A DNA stretch of 64,000 nucleotides from Myxococcota bacterium (GCA_039030295.1 JBCCEK010000003.1:180-64179); one strand, 5' to 3'. Counted from the first letter of the stretch, positions 37,064-45,918 are shown. Numbers and translations: made by a program. The notes: generated from the sequence alone by a model not told the origin.

Positions 37064-39036
37064 GACAGTCTCCGTGGGCTATCAGGACCTGCGTCCGCCC
37101 GGTGTTTGAGCGCGAGCGCCATGACCGGGAAGTACTGCCGGTACAGGCGGTAGTTGAGGAGGGCGGTCTCGAAGAAGACCCCCACGAATTCGTCGTCTCT
37201 CCAGAGGCCTGATGACTGCTGGCGTCGTTCAAGCCACGCGGCGGCCCTCTCGATGGCGTTCCGATCCGGTTCGTTGGCTTCGATGAGGGTGATCATCGCC
37301 CACGCGGTTTGAACCACCGAACCTTGCGACGCTTGCACGTAGCCCCGGCTCGGGCCGCTCGTGTAGTCCTCGCCCCAAGCGCCGTCGCTTCTTTGGTGTG
37401 AGAGGAGCCAACGGCAAGCATCGCGAACGTGAGCGTCGGTAGCGGGAACACCGGCTGCCAGCAACCCTCGAACGCCAAACATCGTCCCGTAGATGAAGTG
37501 CACGCCCCACGCGGCGTCCCAAGTGCCGTCGTTGTTCTGGACGCGTCGAAGAAGGTCACCTGCACGCGTGATCGCAGCGTCGAGGCGCACGCGCATGAGG
37601 TCCGGGTAGTGTCTTCGCAGGTCGCTTAGCGCCATCAGGCAAGAGGCCGTGCATTCGACGTACGAGCGCTCGGTCATGCAGCGTCCGAACATCTCAGCGG
37701 GGTTCATCCATTCGAGTGGGAATCGCGTCTTTGCGGGTTCGTAGCTTCCAAAACCCCCGTCGTGGTTCTGGCAGCGAAGGATGAAGCGTGCTGCCCTGGC
37801 GGCGTTCTCCTTGCCGATCGCCTCGGGCCGTGTCCGCAAGAGCCCGATCAACGCCTCGGCCGTGCAGTCGCTCACTGGCCAGCCGTGGCCGACTTCGGAG
37901 AAGCACCAACCGCCATTCGGTTGGATCCGATGGGCCGCCTCGTAGTCGTACGCTGCGGCGCCCACCTGTTGTGAGGCGAGGAACGCGGCGCTCCGCGAGA
38001 CGGACTCGCTGCAATCGACGTGCGCGACTTCCGAGAGCGCTTGGAGCGCGAACGCCGTGTCCCAACACACGCTTCCGGCTCCTGCGACGCGCGAGCCCTC
38101 GTTCGCGTCCTCCCAGAACCAATCTTCGAATCGGTCCGTCGCGCGCTCGAGGTGCGGGTCAGCCGGGTTCTCCGCCCACAGTGCCAGCATGATCAGAAGC
38201 CCGTTCACAGGCGAAAGACCGAGGTAATCGCTTGCGCGAAGATGGGCGCGCATGTCGGCGAGGAGACGTGTCGTGAGCGTACGGCGAAGCCGGCGCGAGT
38301 GAACTCGGTCGTAGCCGCGTGCGACGGCGAACACAGCGCGAAGCGCCGGCCCTGCCGCAAAGGGGGCGTCCTCAGGTCGAATGTCGTTGCGGTAGCGGGC
38401 GAATGAAACCCGAGCGAAGCGCCCCCCGTAGAGCTCGTTCTCGAGCTCGTCGACCACCGGCCCTCGCTCGGCGACGAAGCGCCTGCCGAACAGGACCGCG
38501 AGCCCAAGGTAGATCTGACGGGTGTGGCAGTAGTAGTTCGAAGGGTGCAGGGGCACCCACTCCGGGAGCGCCCACGCCTCGGGAACGATCGGGTTCACCC
38601 CGTCCCAGTCGTAGAGCCCAAGGGTCGCCAACCAGACTTTTCCCCAAGTCGGGATCCGCTCCACACGCTCTGAGGCGAAGAGGCGTCGCGCGTCTTCGAG
38701 CCAAGGCGTTTCGGCCGGGGCGCCCAGAATCCGTGCCGCGACGTACACCAACGTGGTCACGTAGAGGTTCCCGTCATCGTACGGGTGGAGCCCCCATAAA
38801 CCCGAGTCGTGCCGAGTGACCCTGAACTGGGTCAGGAGTCCCGCTCGTCGCTCATCACCAAGCTCCTGCTTCATGATGTGCGACGCGATCGCGTACTGGG
38901 CCGCGAGCATGGGGTTCCATACGCACTCGCCTTCCCAGCTCCCGTCGTCCCTTTGGAGGCGGATCAGCGCGTCGAGGCCTCGATCCAGAGGCGTCTGTGC
39001 GTGAATCGAAAGATGGGTTGTTGCCGCGGCAGGCAT
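37060..39036 (-). CDS. Oxidosqualene cyclase (lanosterol/cycloartenol synthase type)
   Basis: Catalytic GWPVSDCTAEAL (the OSC-type VxDCTAE, not the hopene-cyclase DxDDTA). WDTAFALQAL, and repeated QW-type motifs (e.g. RLQRDDGSWEG, RCQNHDGGFG, RVQNNDGTW, SHQRSDGAWGE). Start ATG 39036 lies 5 nt after the HMGR stop. The Arg-rich 217-aa ORF extension was rejected. Confidence 0.9.
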   Translation of the reverse strand: MPAAATTHLSIHAQTPLDRGLDALIRLQRDDGSWEGECVWNPMLAAQYAIASHIMKQELGDERRAGLLTQFRVTRHDSGLWGLHPYDDGNLYVTTLVYVAARILGAPAETPWLEDARRLFASERVERIPTWGKVWLATLGLYDWDGVNPIVPEAWALPEWVPLHPSNYYCHTRQIYLGLAVLFGRRFVAERGPVVDELENELYGGRFARVSFARYRNDIRPEDAPFAAGPALRAVFAVARGYDRVHSRRLRRTLTTRLLADMRAHLRASDYLGLSPVNGLLIMLALWAENPADPHLERATDRFEDWFWEDANEGSRVAGAGSVCWDTAFALQALSEVAHVDCSESVSRSAAFLASQQVGAAAYDYEAAHRIQPNGGWCFSEVGHGWPVSDCTAEALIGLLRTRPEAIGKENAARAARFILRCQNHDGGFGSYEPAKTRFPLEWMNPAEMFGRCMTERSYVECTASCLMALSDLRRHYPDLMRVRLDAAITRAGDLLRRVQNNDGTWDAAWGVHFIYGTMFGVRGLLAAGVPATDAHVRDACRWLLSHQRSDGAWGEDYTSGPSRGYVQASQGSVVQTAWAMITLIEANEPDRNAIERAAAWLERRQQSSGLWRDDEFVGVFFETALLNYRLYRQYFPVMALALKHRADAGPDSPRRLS

Positions 39037-39041
39037 CGGTC

Positions 39042-40250
39042 CTACTCCGCGGCGGCGATCTCGAATCGCCGTGCGTGCAGATTCATGTGCCCGCTCTGGA
39101 TCCCCTCGGACGCCAGTGCGGAGAGCGCGCCGAGGTTCTGCGCCAACCCCACGGCCGCCATCACCATCGCGAGCTCGCCTGCAGTGTCGACGTTGAGGAG
39201 CTTTCGGAGCACGCGAAGGGCGGGCTGGACCGAAGTAGACCCCCCGACTGTCCCCACGGCCATCGGTACTTCGATCTCGCCGTGGAGCATCCCGTCGACT
39301 TGCCACCAGCGTGTCAACGGTTCGTAGCGGCCGTGGCGGGCGGCGTAGGCGTGCGCGCCTGCTTCGAGCCCGCGCCAGTCGTTCCCGGTGGCGACGCCGA
39401 CCGCGTCGATCCCGTTCATGACGCCCTTGTTGTGCGTTGCCGCGCGGTAGGGGTCGACCGCCGCGAACTGATAGGCTTCGACGACCCCATGGGCAACTTC
39501 GGCGCCCGAGTGTCCGCGGCGTTCGAGAAGTTCTTCTTGAATCGCGCAGCTCGCCCGCGCCATTCGCCGATCGGACAGGTTGCTCAGGATCCGAAGACGC
39601 ACCCGGCCTCCCGTCAGCTCTTCGATGATCGGCGCGACGCCCTCGGCCATGTCGTTGACCAGGTTCGCGCCCATGGCGTCGCGGCAATCGACGAGCAGGT
39701 GAACGACCAGCATCGGCGGGTCTGAGTCGAGAATCCGCACTTCGAGCGACTTCGCGCCCCCGCGGCGCGCCACCATGTTGGGGTGACGGTCATTCGCGAC
39801 TTGCAGGATCCGGTCTGCCTGTCGTTCGATGGCATTGCGTGCTCCGAACGGGTCTGGCACTTCGAGAACCTGCACTTGCGCGATCATCAAGGACTCGCTC
39901 GCGGTCGCGGAGAAGCCACCCGACTCGCGGATCACACGGGCCATGTTGCTGGCCGCGGCGACTACCGAGGGTTCTTCGACGACCATCGGTACCACGTAGT
40001 CGCGCCCGTTGACCTGGAAGTTCAGCCCGAGACCCACGGGCATCTTGAGAACGCCGACGCAGTTTTCGACCATCTTGTCGGCGATCTCGGCGTCGGTCGG
40101 GTCTTCGCACCCGAGCGCAGCGAGGTCTTCTGGGTCTAGAGAGAAACGTTCCGCGAGTTGGTGATGGCGACCCGGAAGGTCAAGCCGATAGAACCCGGGA
40201 ATGCGAGAGGAGGGACGAAGCGGTGCGCGATGGCTTGCTCGATCGGTCAT
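39042..40250 (-). CDS. mvaA: HMG-CoA reductase, class II
   Basis: Near-colinear with the Pseudomonas mevalonii enzyme as recalled: VPMVVEEPSVVAAAS, DAMGAN, AAVDPYRAATHNKGVMNGIDAV, GLAQNLGALSALASEGIQSGHM. ATGA overlap with the squalene synthase stop. Confidence 0.95.
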   Translation of the reverse strand: MTDRASHRAPLRPSSRIPGFYRLDLPGRHHQLAERFSLDPEDLAALGCEDPTDAEIADKMVENCVGVLKMPVGLGLNFQVNGRDYVVPMVVEEPSVVAAASNMARVIRESGGFSATASESLMIAQVQVLEVPDPFGARNAIERQADRILQVANDRHPNMVARRGGAKSLEVRILDSDPPMLVVHLLVDCRDAMGANLVNDMAEGVAPIIEELTGGRVRLRILSNLSDRRMARASCAIQEELLERRGHSGAEVAHGVVEAYQFAAVDPYRAATHNKGVMNGIDAVGVATGNDWRGLEAGAHAYAARHGRYEPLTRWWQVDGMLHGEIEVPMAVGTVGGSTSVQPALRVLRKLLNVDTAGELAMVMAAVGLAQNLGALSALASEGIQSGHMNLHARRFEIAAAE

Positions 40251-41323
40251 GCGGCATCCATGGTGCGGGGCCCGCCGTTGGTGACCGAGTTGGCCGCCAT
40301 CAGTCGAGCGACAGGAGTCCAGAGCGACTCGTAGTCCGAGCGGAGGAGGGCATCGTCTTGGTAGCTCGCGGCGCACCGAGCGATGACCTCTTCCACTTCC
40401 GCGCGACTCACTTTGACTTCTTGGCCATCGGTGAACATCGCGTCGTTCCCGTAGGCGAGGACGACAGTCCTCACGGCGAGCCACAGAGGCAACAAGCAGA
40501 ACAGTCGGATCTCTCGATGCTCCGCCGGGATCGTCAGTGCGTACTCGAGCGCGCTGTCCAGTTTGGTGCGCGCGAGGTGGAACATCGGAAAGACCGCTCG
40601 ATGTGCAGCCGCGAGCTGATCGGGATCGAGAAGATCACGACTCCGCAGTCCTTGCTTTCGGCAAAGGGACCGAGGCACGAACGACCATCCGCGCTGCATG
40701 TCGTCGGTGATGTCTTTCAGGATGTTGACGAGCTGAAGGCCCGTACCGAACGCCTCGGCGTGCTCGTACAGCGCGGCAGACAGCTCCGATTCGGGTGACG
40801 TACCCATCTCGGCGAGGAAGAGCTCGGTCAGCATGTGACCCACCGTGCCTGCGACGAAGTAACAGTACCGTTGCAGATCGTCGCTCGTTGTTGGAGCGAC
40901 CACACCGTCGGCGTCGGCGCGTCGATGGCTGTAGATCTCCATCCCATGAGCCATCTCATCGACCCAACGAACCACGGCGTCGCGCATCGGGGCCGGCACG
41001 GTATCGAGAACGGCGATCACGCGATCGATTCGGCGGCACAGTTCGATCTCTTCGACTGGGGACCCGGCGACATCGTTCCATTGATGCCCAAACTCCGACG
41101 GATCGACCGTTCCGGCGAGCACGCCGTGGAACGCGCGGTAGCGCACACTTCGCTCGTCGAGAGAGAACGAGGCGTTGTCTTCGACCGCATCGACGATTCG
41201 GCAGAGCAGGTATCCGCACGTCACGGCCCTCCTCAGGTCTCCAGGTAGCACCTCGATCGGTCGGGAGAATGTCCGGGACACTTCCCGGAGACTGCCTGCG
41301 CAGAAGTCCCATTCAGCTGACAT
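40247..41323 (-). CDS. Squalene synthase (farnesyl-diphosphate farnesyltransferase)
   Basis: SRTFSRPI, YLLCRIVDAVED (DxxED), and NILKDITDDMQRGWSFVP (second Asp-rich box). Single-enzyme SQS type. Confidence 0.9.
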   Translation of the reverse strand: MSAEWDFCAGSLREVSRTFSRPIEVLPGDLRRAVTCGYLLCRIVDAVEDNASFSLDERSVRYRAFHGVLAGTVDPSEFGHQWNDVAGSPVEEIELCRRIDRVIAVLDTVPAPMRDAVVRWVDEMAHGMEIYSHRRADADGVVAPTTSDDLQRYCYFVAGTVGHMLTELFLAEMGTSPESELSAALYEHAEAFGTGLQLVNILKDITDDMQRGWSFVPRSLCRKQGLRSRDLLDPDQLAAAHRAVFPMFHLARTKLDSALEYALTIPAEHREIRLFCLLPLWLAVRTVVLAYGNDAMFTDGQEVKVSRAEVEEVIARCAASYQDDALLRSDYESLWTPVARLMAANSVTNGGPRTMDAA

Positions 41324-42692
41324 GCTTTTCCTCCTCGACGAAGACCTCAGTTGGGTCGTCAGGGCGTGCCCAGGATTCGGGTGCTGCCCACGACACCGAC
41401 CGTTGCCGCATCAAACTCTGGCTCGGGTGAACGCTCGCCCACGGCCACCGAAGCCAGCCCGCGAGCTCGCGCGCCGTGGCGGCGTCAGAAAGAAGCACCC
41501 CGGCGCCGGCTCGCAGTGCAACGCGTGAGAAGGCCCGAACGAAATCGACTCGGCTCGTCGTAGCCGCGCCAAGCAGATCCATGGTTCGGTTGCGTTGCAT
41601 CGAGCTCGCGCGCCAGGTGCTGAAAATCGAGTCGCGAATCGCGATCGCCCCCACGTCCTCGCGAGCAAACGCCTGGTAAATCGCGTTCGAGAGGAGTTCC
41701 GGCACGTAGCTTTCGGCAGCCCGCTGTGCGGCATACGAGCTCAGCGAGCGGGCTCCGGCGAGGGCCTCTGCATCGAGGAGCGACATCGTGATGCCCATGG
41801 CGGTGAGCGGGTGGAACACCCCGGCCGCATCGCCGACGAGCGCCACCCCGCGGTCGGTTTGGTAGCGTCGCGGGCGGAACGTATTCGCGGCCCATCCGAT
41901 CGACGCATCTCCGGCGCCGCGACGGACGCCTTCGCGGAGCGCAGGTGGGAGCACCTCCGCGTACGACTTCCAGATCCAATCGTGGCTCTTCGTGCTTGCG
42001 CGCGCATCGTGCGGAACGTCGATGCACATCCGTACGGCGTTGTCCCCGATGCGATAGGCCAGCGCCGGCCCTGGTCCGCCCGTGATCACATGCCCGTACT
42101 CTTCGAAAGGAAGTTCGGTATCGCGCACGACCAGTCCGGCCATGACCGAGATCGAAACCTTCTCGCTGACTGCACCATCACCGAGGATCTTGCGCGCCGA
42201 GCGCCCCGTTGCGATGACGACGAGAGGTGCGTTGACCACGCGCGACTTAGACCTCTGAGTCAGCGTCACGAAGCGGCCCCGGACCTCGCTCGCGCGCACC
42301 CCTTCGAGATAGTCGACGCCTCTCGTCTGACTCACGCGCGCGCGCAGATGGGTCACCAAGGTTGCGTGTTCGCAGGAGAGACCGCGCTCGCCGCCGCCAT
42401 ACTCGAGGGTGATCGGACCGAGGCCATCGTTTGGAAACACGACGAAGCCGCGCCCGGTAGCGCCGTGCTCCAGTCCATCTAAAAGTTCGAGATTACGAAG
42501 GATTCTAGCCCCTTCGGGATGCACCCACTCCCCAGCGAAGCGCCGCGCTGCGTTCGGGTTCGACTCGACCAGGAGAACGCTCGCACCTCGCCGAGCGAAC
42601 GCCGCGGCGGTTGCGCAGCCCGCCGGTCCTGCACCGATAACCACGGTGTCGTACGCCGATCGAATGTCGCCCAAGTCGAACGTTGGCTGCAC
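41313..42692 (-). CDS. Squalene monooxygenase (epoxidase), FAD-dependent
   Basis: DTVVIGAGPAGCATA dinucleotide fold, GEWVHPEG, LVGDAAGVFHPLTAMGITMSLLDA. GTG start. Overlaps the SQS start by 11 nt. Confidence 0.85.
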   Translation of the reverse strand: MQPTFDLGDIRSAYDTVVIGAGPAGCATAAAFARRGASVLLVESNPNAARRFAGEWVHPEGARILRNLELLDGLEHGATGRGFVVFPNDGLGPITLEYGGGERGLSCEHATLVTHLRARVSQTRGVDYLEGVRASEVRGRFVTLTQRSKSRVVNAPLVVIATGRSARKILGDGAVSEKVSISVMAGLVVRDTELPFEEYGHVITGGPGPALAYRIGDNAVRMCIDVPHDARASTKSHDWIWKSYAEVLPPALREGVRRGAGDASIGWAANTFRPRRYQTDRGVALVGDAAGVFHPLTAMGITMSLLDAEALAGARSLSSYAAQRAAESYVPELLSNAIYQAFAREDVGAIAIRDSIFSTWRASSMQRNRTMDLLGAATTSRVDFVRAFSRVALRAGAGVLLSDAATARELAGWLRWPWASVHPSQSLMRQRSVSWAAPESWARPDDPTEVFVEEEKHVS

Positions 42693-43014
42693 GGTTTCCC
42701 CTGGCGCTTAGTATTCGCGCGCCGCGTCCGGCAGCTACAAGATTCGCTTCGGTGGATCGAACGTTGGTGTCGATCGTCCCAAAGCGCGCACGAACGGTTT
42801 GACAACTTCCCAATCTTTACAGCGTGTTGCGTTGCTGTACGTAGACGGATCAGCTTTACAATGCGTTGGCTATCGTGCTGTTGATCACGGTTCAATGATC
42901 GCTGCGGACCGCTGGCGAGATCTCACGAACGAGTCACACGTTTCTCGCGCTGCCAGTTACCGCGCGCGCTACAAACAATCGCGTCACATCGTCTCAAAGA
43001 GGAGAACACGTGAA
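42693..43014. promoter_or_regulatory. Divergent control region between the squalene-epoxidase operon and the HMG-CoA-synthase operon
   Basis: The only sizeable non-coding gap in the module. Exact 11-mer TCGAACGTTGG at 42676-42686 and 42757-42767. GATCGA-N9-TCGATC at 42755-42775. TTGACA at 42799-42804. Two CTTTACA..GCGTTG..TGCTGT units at 42815-42838 and 42854-42881. SD AAGAGGAG lies 10 nt before ATG 43015. Confidence 0.4.
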
Positions 43015-44112
43015 ATGAGCGCGAACCCTGCAGGCATTGCATCCATTGGTCTTCAACTTCCCAGGCTCTTCATGCCGGTGACAGAGCTCGCTGATCTTCG
43101 TGGGGTCGATCCGAACAAGTTTACAAAGGGTTTAGGCTGCGGTGAGATCGCACTTTGCGATCCCGACGAAGACGCCGTCACCTTGGCCGTTGGCGCTGCG
43201 AAACGTGCCCTCTCGCGTTGGGACGGGCTTGCCGAAGACATCGGGCTCATCGTTGTGGGCACGGAGAGTGCGAAGGACATGAGCCGTCCGCTCAGTGCTT
43301 GGGTCGCCGAGGAGCTCGGCCTCTCTGGGGGGATCCGGTCCTACGAAGTGAAGCACGCGTGCTATGGCGGAACGCTCGCGTTACGCCAGGCGCTCGAGTG
43401 GAAATGGTCGGGCGCTTCTGCAGGCAAGGCGGCGCTCGTGATCGCTTCCGACGTCGCTTTGTACTCGCTTCAAGATCCGGGCGAGCCCACGCAGGGCGCC
43501 GGGGCGGTCGCGATGATCGTAGACGAACCCCTCGTCGCACGCATCGAGAACCGCTCCTATCCGTTCAGCAGCCCGGCGTTCGACTTCTGGCGCCCGGTCG
43601 GCGATCCGTTCCCGTCCGTTGAAGGGCAGCTTAGCCTCGACTGCTACAAGCGCGCGGTCGAGGAGTGTTACGGCGCGATGGTGGGCGACCGAGATGCGCG
43701 CGCTGTCCTCGGGGCCTTCGAGGCGATGGCGTTCCACGTCCCGTTCCCGAAGATGGTCAAGAAGGCGGTCCTCCACCTGGCCGAGCAGCTCGGGTGGACC
43801 GAAGCCGAGGGTGAGGCGCTTTACGCGGAGAAGGTCGACTCGACCATGGCGTGGAACCGTTCGGTTGGAAACGCCTACACGGCGAGCCTTTGGATCTCGG
43901 TTGCCGGCACGCTCTCGGGTATGGCGGAGGGCACCCGCATGACGGCGCTCTCCTACGGATCCGGCTACGGCGCCGAGCTCCTCGAGCTGGTCGCAGGCCC
44001 TGCTGCCTCGGCTGGTGCGTGGGCAACCGACATCGAGCAGGATCTCCGTCAGCGCCGCCTGGTCGACAAAGCGACTTATGAATCTCTTCGGGGTCATGCA
44101 CGCGCGAGCTGA
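43015..44112 (+). CDS. mvaS: HMG-CoA synthase
   Basis: VGTESAKDMSRP, and the catalytic-Cys context EVKHACYGGT. Start moved to ATG 43015, which has a strong SD. Confidence 0.9.
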   Translation: MSANPAGIASIGLQLPRLFMPVTELADLRGVDPNKFTKGLGCGEIALCDPDEDAVTLAVGAAKRALSRWDGLAEDIGLIVVGTESAKDMSRPLSAWVAEELGLSGGIRSYEVKHACYGGTLALRQALEWKWSGASAGKAALVIASDVALYSLQDPGEPTQGAGAVAMIVDEPLVARIENRSYPFSSPAFDFWRPVGDPFPSVEGQLSLDCYKRAVEECYGAMVGDRDARAVLGAFEAMAFHVPFPKMVKKAVLHLAEQLGWTEAEGEALYAEKVDSTMAWNRSVGNAYTASLWISVAGTLSGMAEGTRMTALSYGSGYGAELLELVAGPAASAGAWATDIEQDLRQRRLVDKATYESLRGHARAS

Positions 44113-45187
44113 GGGCCCTCGGGCGCCGTCGGATGCGGCCCTCGGTGCTCGCAAGGCCGACCACCTCGATCTCTGCGAAGGAGACGCGGTCGCATTCCGA
44201 TCGAAGACGACTCTCCTCGAGGGCGTCCGGTTTCTCCACCAGTCTCTCCCCGAGTTGGCGTCAAACGAAGTCTCCACGGAGACGCAACTCCTAGGGCGCA
44301 CGCTACGCGCTCCTATCGTGATCGCCGCGATGACCGGCGGACACGAGCGCGCGGCGTCGATCAATCGCGGGTTGGCGGCGATCGCGGAGCAGCGGGGAAT
44401 CGGCCTCGGGCTTGGAAGCCAGCGTGCCATGCAGCGGGACCCGTCGATGGAATGGACCTACAGTGTTCGCGAGTGGGCGCCGAACATCCTGCTCCTCGGG
44501 AACATTGGCGTCGTGCAGGCCCGCGAGACGCCGACACGCGACATCGAAGGGTTGGTACGCGACGTCGGGGCCGATGCGTTGTGTGTGCATCTGAATCCGG
44601 CGATGGAGCTCATTCAGTCCGATGGTGACCGCGACTTCCGCGGCTGTGTGGACGCATTGAAGCGACTCTCGAACGAGCTCTCGGTTCCGGTCGTGGCGAA
44701 GGAAACCGGGAACGGGCTCAGTCCCCAAACCATCGCAAAGCTCGTTGAGGCGGGTATTCGGTACGTCGATACGTCGGGTGCGGGTGGAACCTCGTGGGTC
44801 GGGGTCGAGACGCTGCGGGCCGACGGCGTTCGGCGCACGATCGGAGACAGCCTCTGGGACTGGGGCATCCCGACCGCTCCCTCGATCCACTATGCGCGTC
44901 AGGCCAACATGACCACGATCGCCACGGGCGGCGTCCGTTCGGGTCACGACGTCGCCCGCGCGTTGGCACTCGGGGCGTCGGCCGCAGGCATTGCGCGACC
45001 GGTGTTGCAGTCGCTCCAGCAAGGCGGCGAGGAGGGTGCACTCACGTTCATCGACGGTATCGTGGAGGAGCTCCGCGCAGTCATGCTGCTGACAGGCTCG
45101 GCGACCCCGGCGGCGCTTCGCGAGGCACCGAGAATCATCTCCGGTGAGCTCGATCGCTGGATGGGCGCGGCGGGCCCAACGCCATGA
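44096..45187 (+). CDS. fni: Isopentenyl-diphosphate delta-isomerase, type 2 (FMN-dependent)
   Basis: RKADHLDL, APIVIAAMTGG, VVAKETGNG, SGAGGTSW, GGVRSGHDVA. Start ATG 44096 overlaps the HMGS 3' end (alternative 44078). Confidence 0.9.
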   Translation: MHARAEGPRAPSDAALGARKADHLDLCEGDAVAFRSKTTLLEGVRFLHQSLPELASNEVSTETQLLGRTLRAPIVIAAMTGGHERAASINRGLAAIAEQRGIGLGLGSQRAMQRDPSMEWTYSVREWAPNILLLGNIGVVQARETPTRDIEGLVRDVGADALCVHLNPAMELIQSDGDRDFRGCVDALKRLSNELSVPVVAKETGNGLSPQTIAKLVEAGIRYVDTSGAGGTSWVGVETLRADGVRRTIGDSLWDWGIPTAPSIHYARQANMTTIATGGVRSGHDVARALALGASAAGIARPVLQSLQQGGEEGALTFIDGIVEELRAVMLLTGSATPAALREAPRIISGELDRWMGAAGPTP

Positions 45188-45909
45188 CGCTGCGGGCCAT
45201 CGTCGTCGACGGTGAGCCACCCGCCCGGCAGGAGCTATCGTTCCTCCTTGGGCAGTGCGACGGCGTCGAGGTCGTCGGTCGTGCGGCGGTGCCCGTCGAA
45301 GCGGAACGTCTTTGCGACGAGGTCGACCCACACGTGGCGTTCATCGATCTTCGCATGCCCGGAACCGACGGCCTCTCGTTGGCCAACGCGCTTCGTCGCC
45401 GCCATCTCGAGCTCGATGTCGTGATCGTCTCGGCCCACGATGAAGGGGCGATCCGTGGATTCGACCTTCAGATCGCGGACTACCTCCTCAAGCCGGTGAG
45501 CCTCGAGCGGCTGCGCCGCACACTCAGACACCTCGAAGACAGCCGATCCGACGCGCGCAGCCCGTTTCCGATCGAACGCTTCGCGGTACGTCGCAAGAAC
45601 GCCTATGTGGTCCTCGACCTGAAGGACGTGATCTACTTCGAGGCGCGCGACGACCTGGTTTGGGCGGTGACCGCTGACGATCGATTCGCCATCGATCGCA
45701 CGCTGGCGAGTCTGGCCGAGCACCTCGACGGCGAAGACTTTTTTCAGTCGCACCGAGGCTGCATCGTTCGGCTCGACAAGATCCGGGTGATCGAGCCTTG
45801 CGGCGCCCGCACCTTCAGGATCGTCGTCGATCACCCGGAGAGCCCCTCCGTGCCGCTCGCACGCGATCGGGTAGGCAAGCTGAGAGAACGAATTCCGTTC
45901 CTTCGCTAA
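45184..45909 (+). CDS. LytR/AlgR-family response regulator (REC + LytTR DNA-binding domain)
   Basis: REC domain with the acceptor context VAFIDLRMPGTDG. The C-terminal LytTR pattern is VVLDLKDVIYFEARDDLVWAVT...FFQSHRGCIVRLDKI. ATGA overlap with the fni stop. Confidence 0.9.
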   Translation: MTLRAIVVDGEPPARQELSFLLGQCDGVEVVGRAAVPVEAERLCDEVDPHVAFIDLRMPGTDGLSLANALRRRHLELDVVIVSAHDEGAIRGFDLQIADYLLKPVSLERLRRTLRHLEDSRSDARSPFPIERFAVRRKNAYVVLDLKDVIYFEARDDLVWAVTADDRFAIDRTLASLAEHLDGEDFFQSHRGCIVRLDKIRVIEPCGARTFRIVVDHPESPSVPLARDRVGKLRERIPFLR

Positions 45910-45918
45910 CGCACCGGC

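Noticed and set aside
37060-39036. Squalene-hopene cyclase interpretation
   Set aside because: The catalytic motif is VSDCTAE rather than DxDDTA, and a squalene epoxidase is encoded in the same operon. An oxidosqualene cyclase is the better reading.
39037-39687. 217-aa N-terminal extension of the cyclase ORF (ORF track start 39687)
   Set aside because: The extension is almost pure Arg/Pro/Gly and overlaps the 3' third of the HMG-CoA reductase gene. ATG 39036 lies 5 nt after the HMGR stop and begins a normal cyclase N-terminus.
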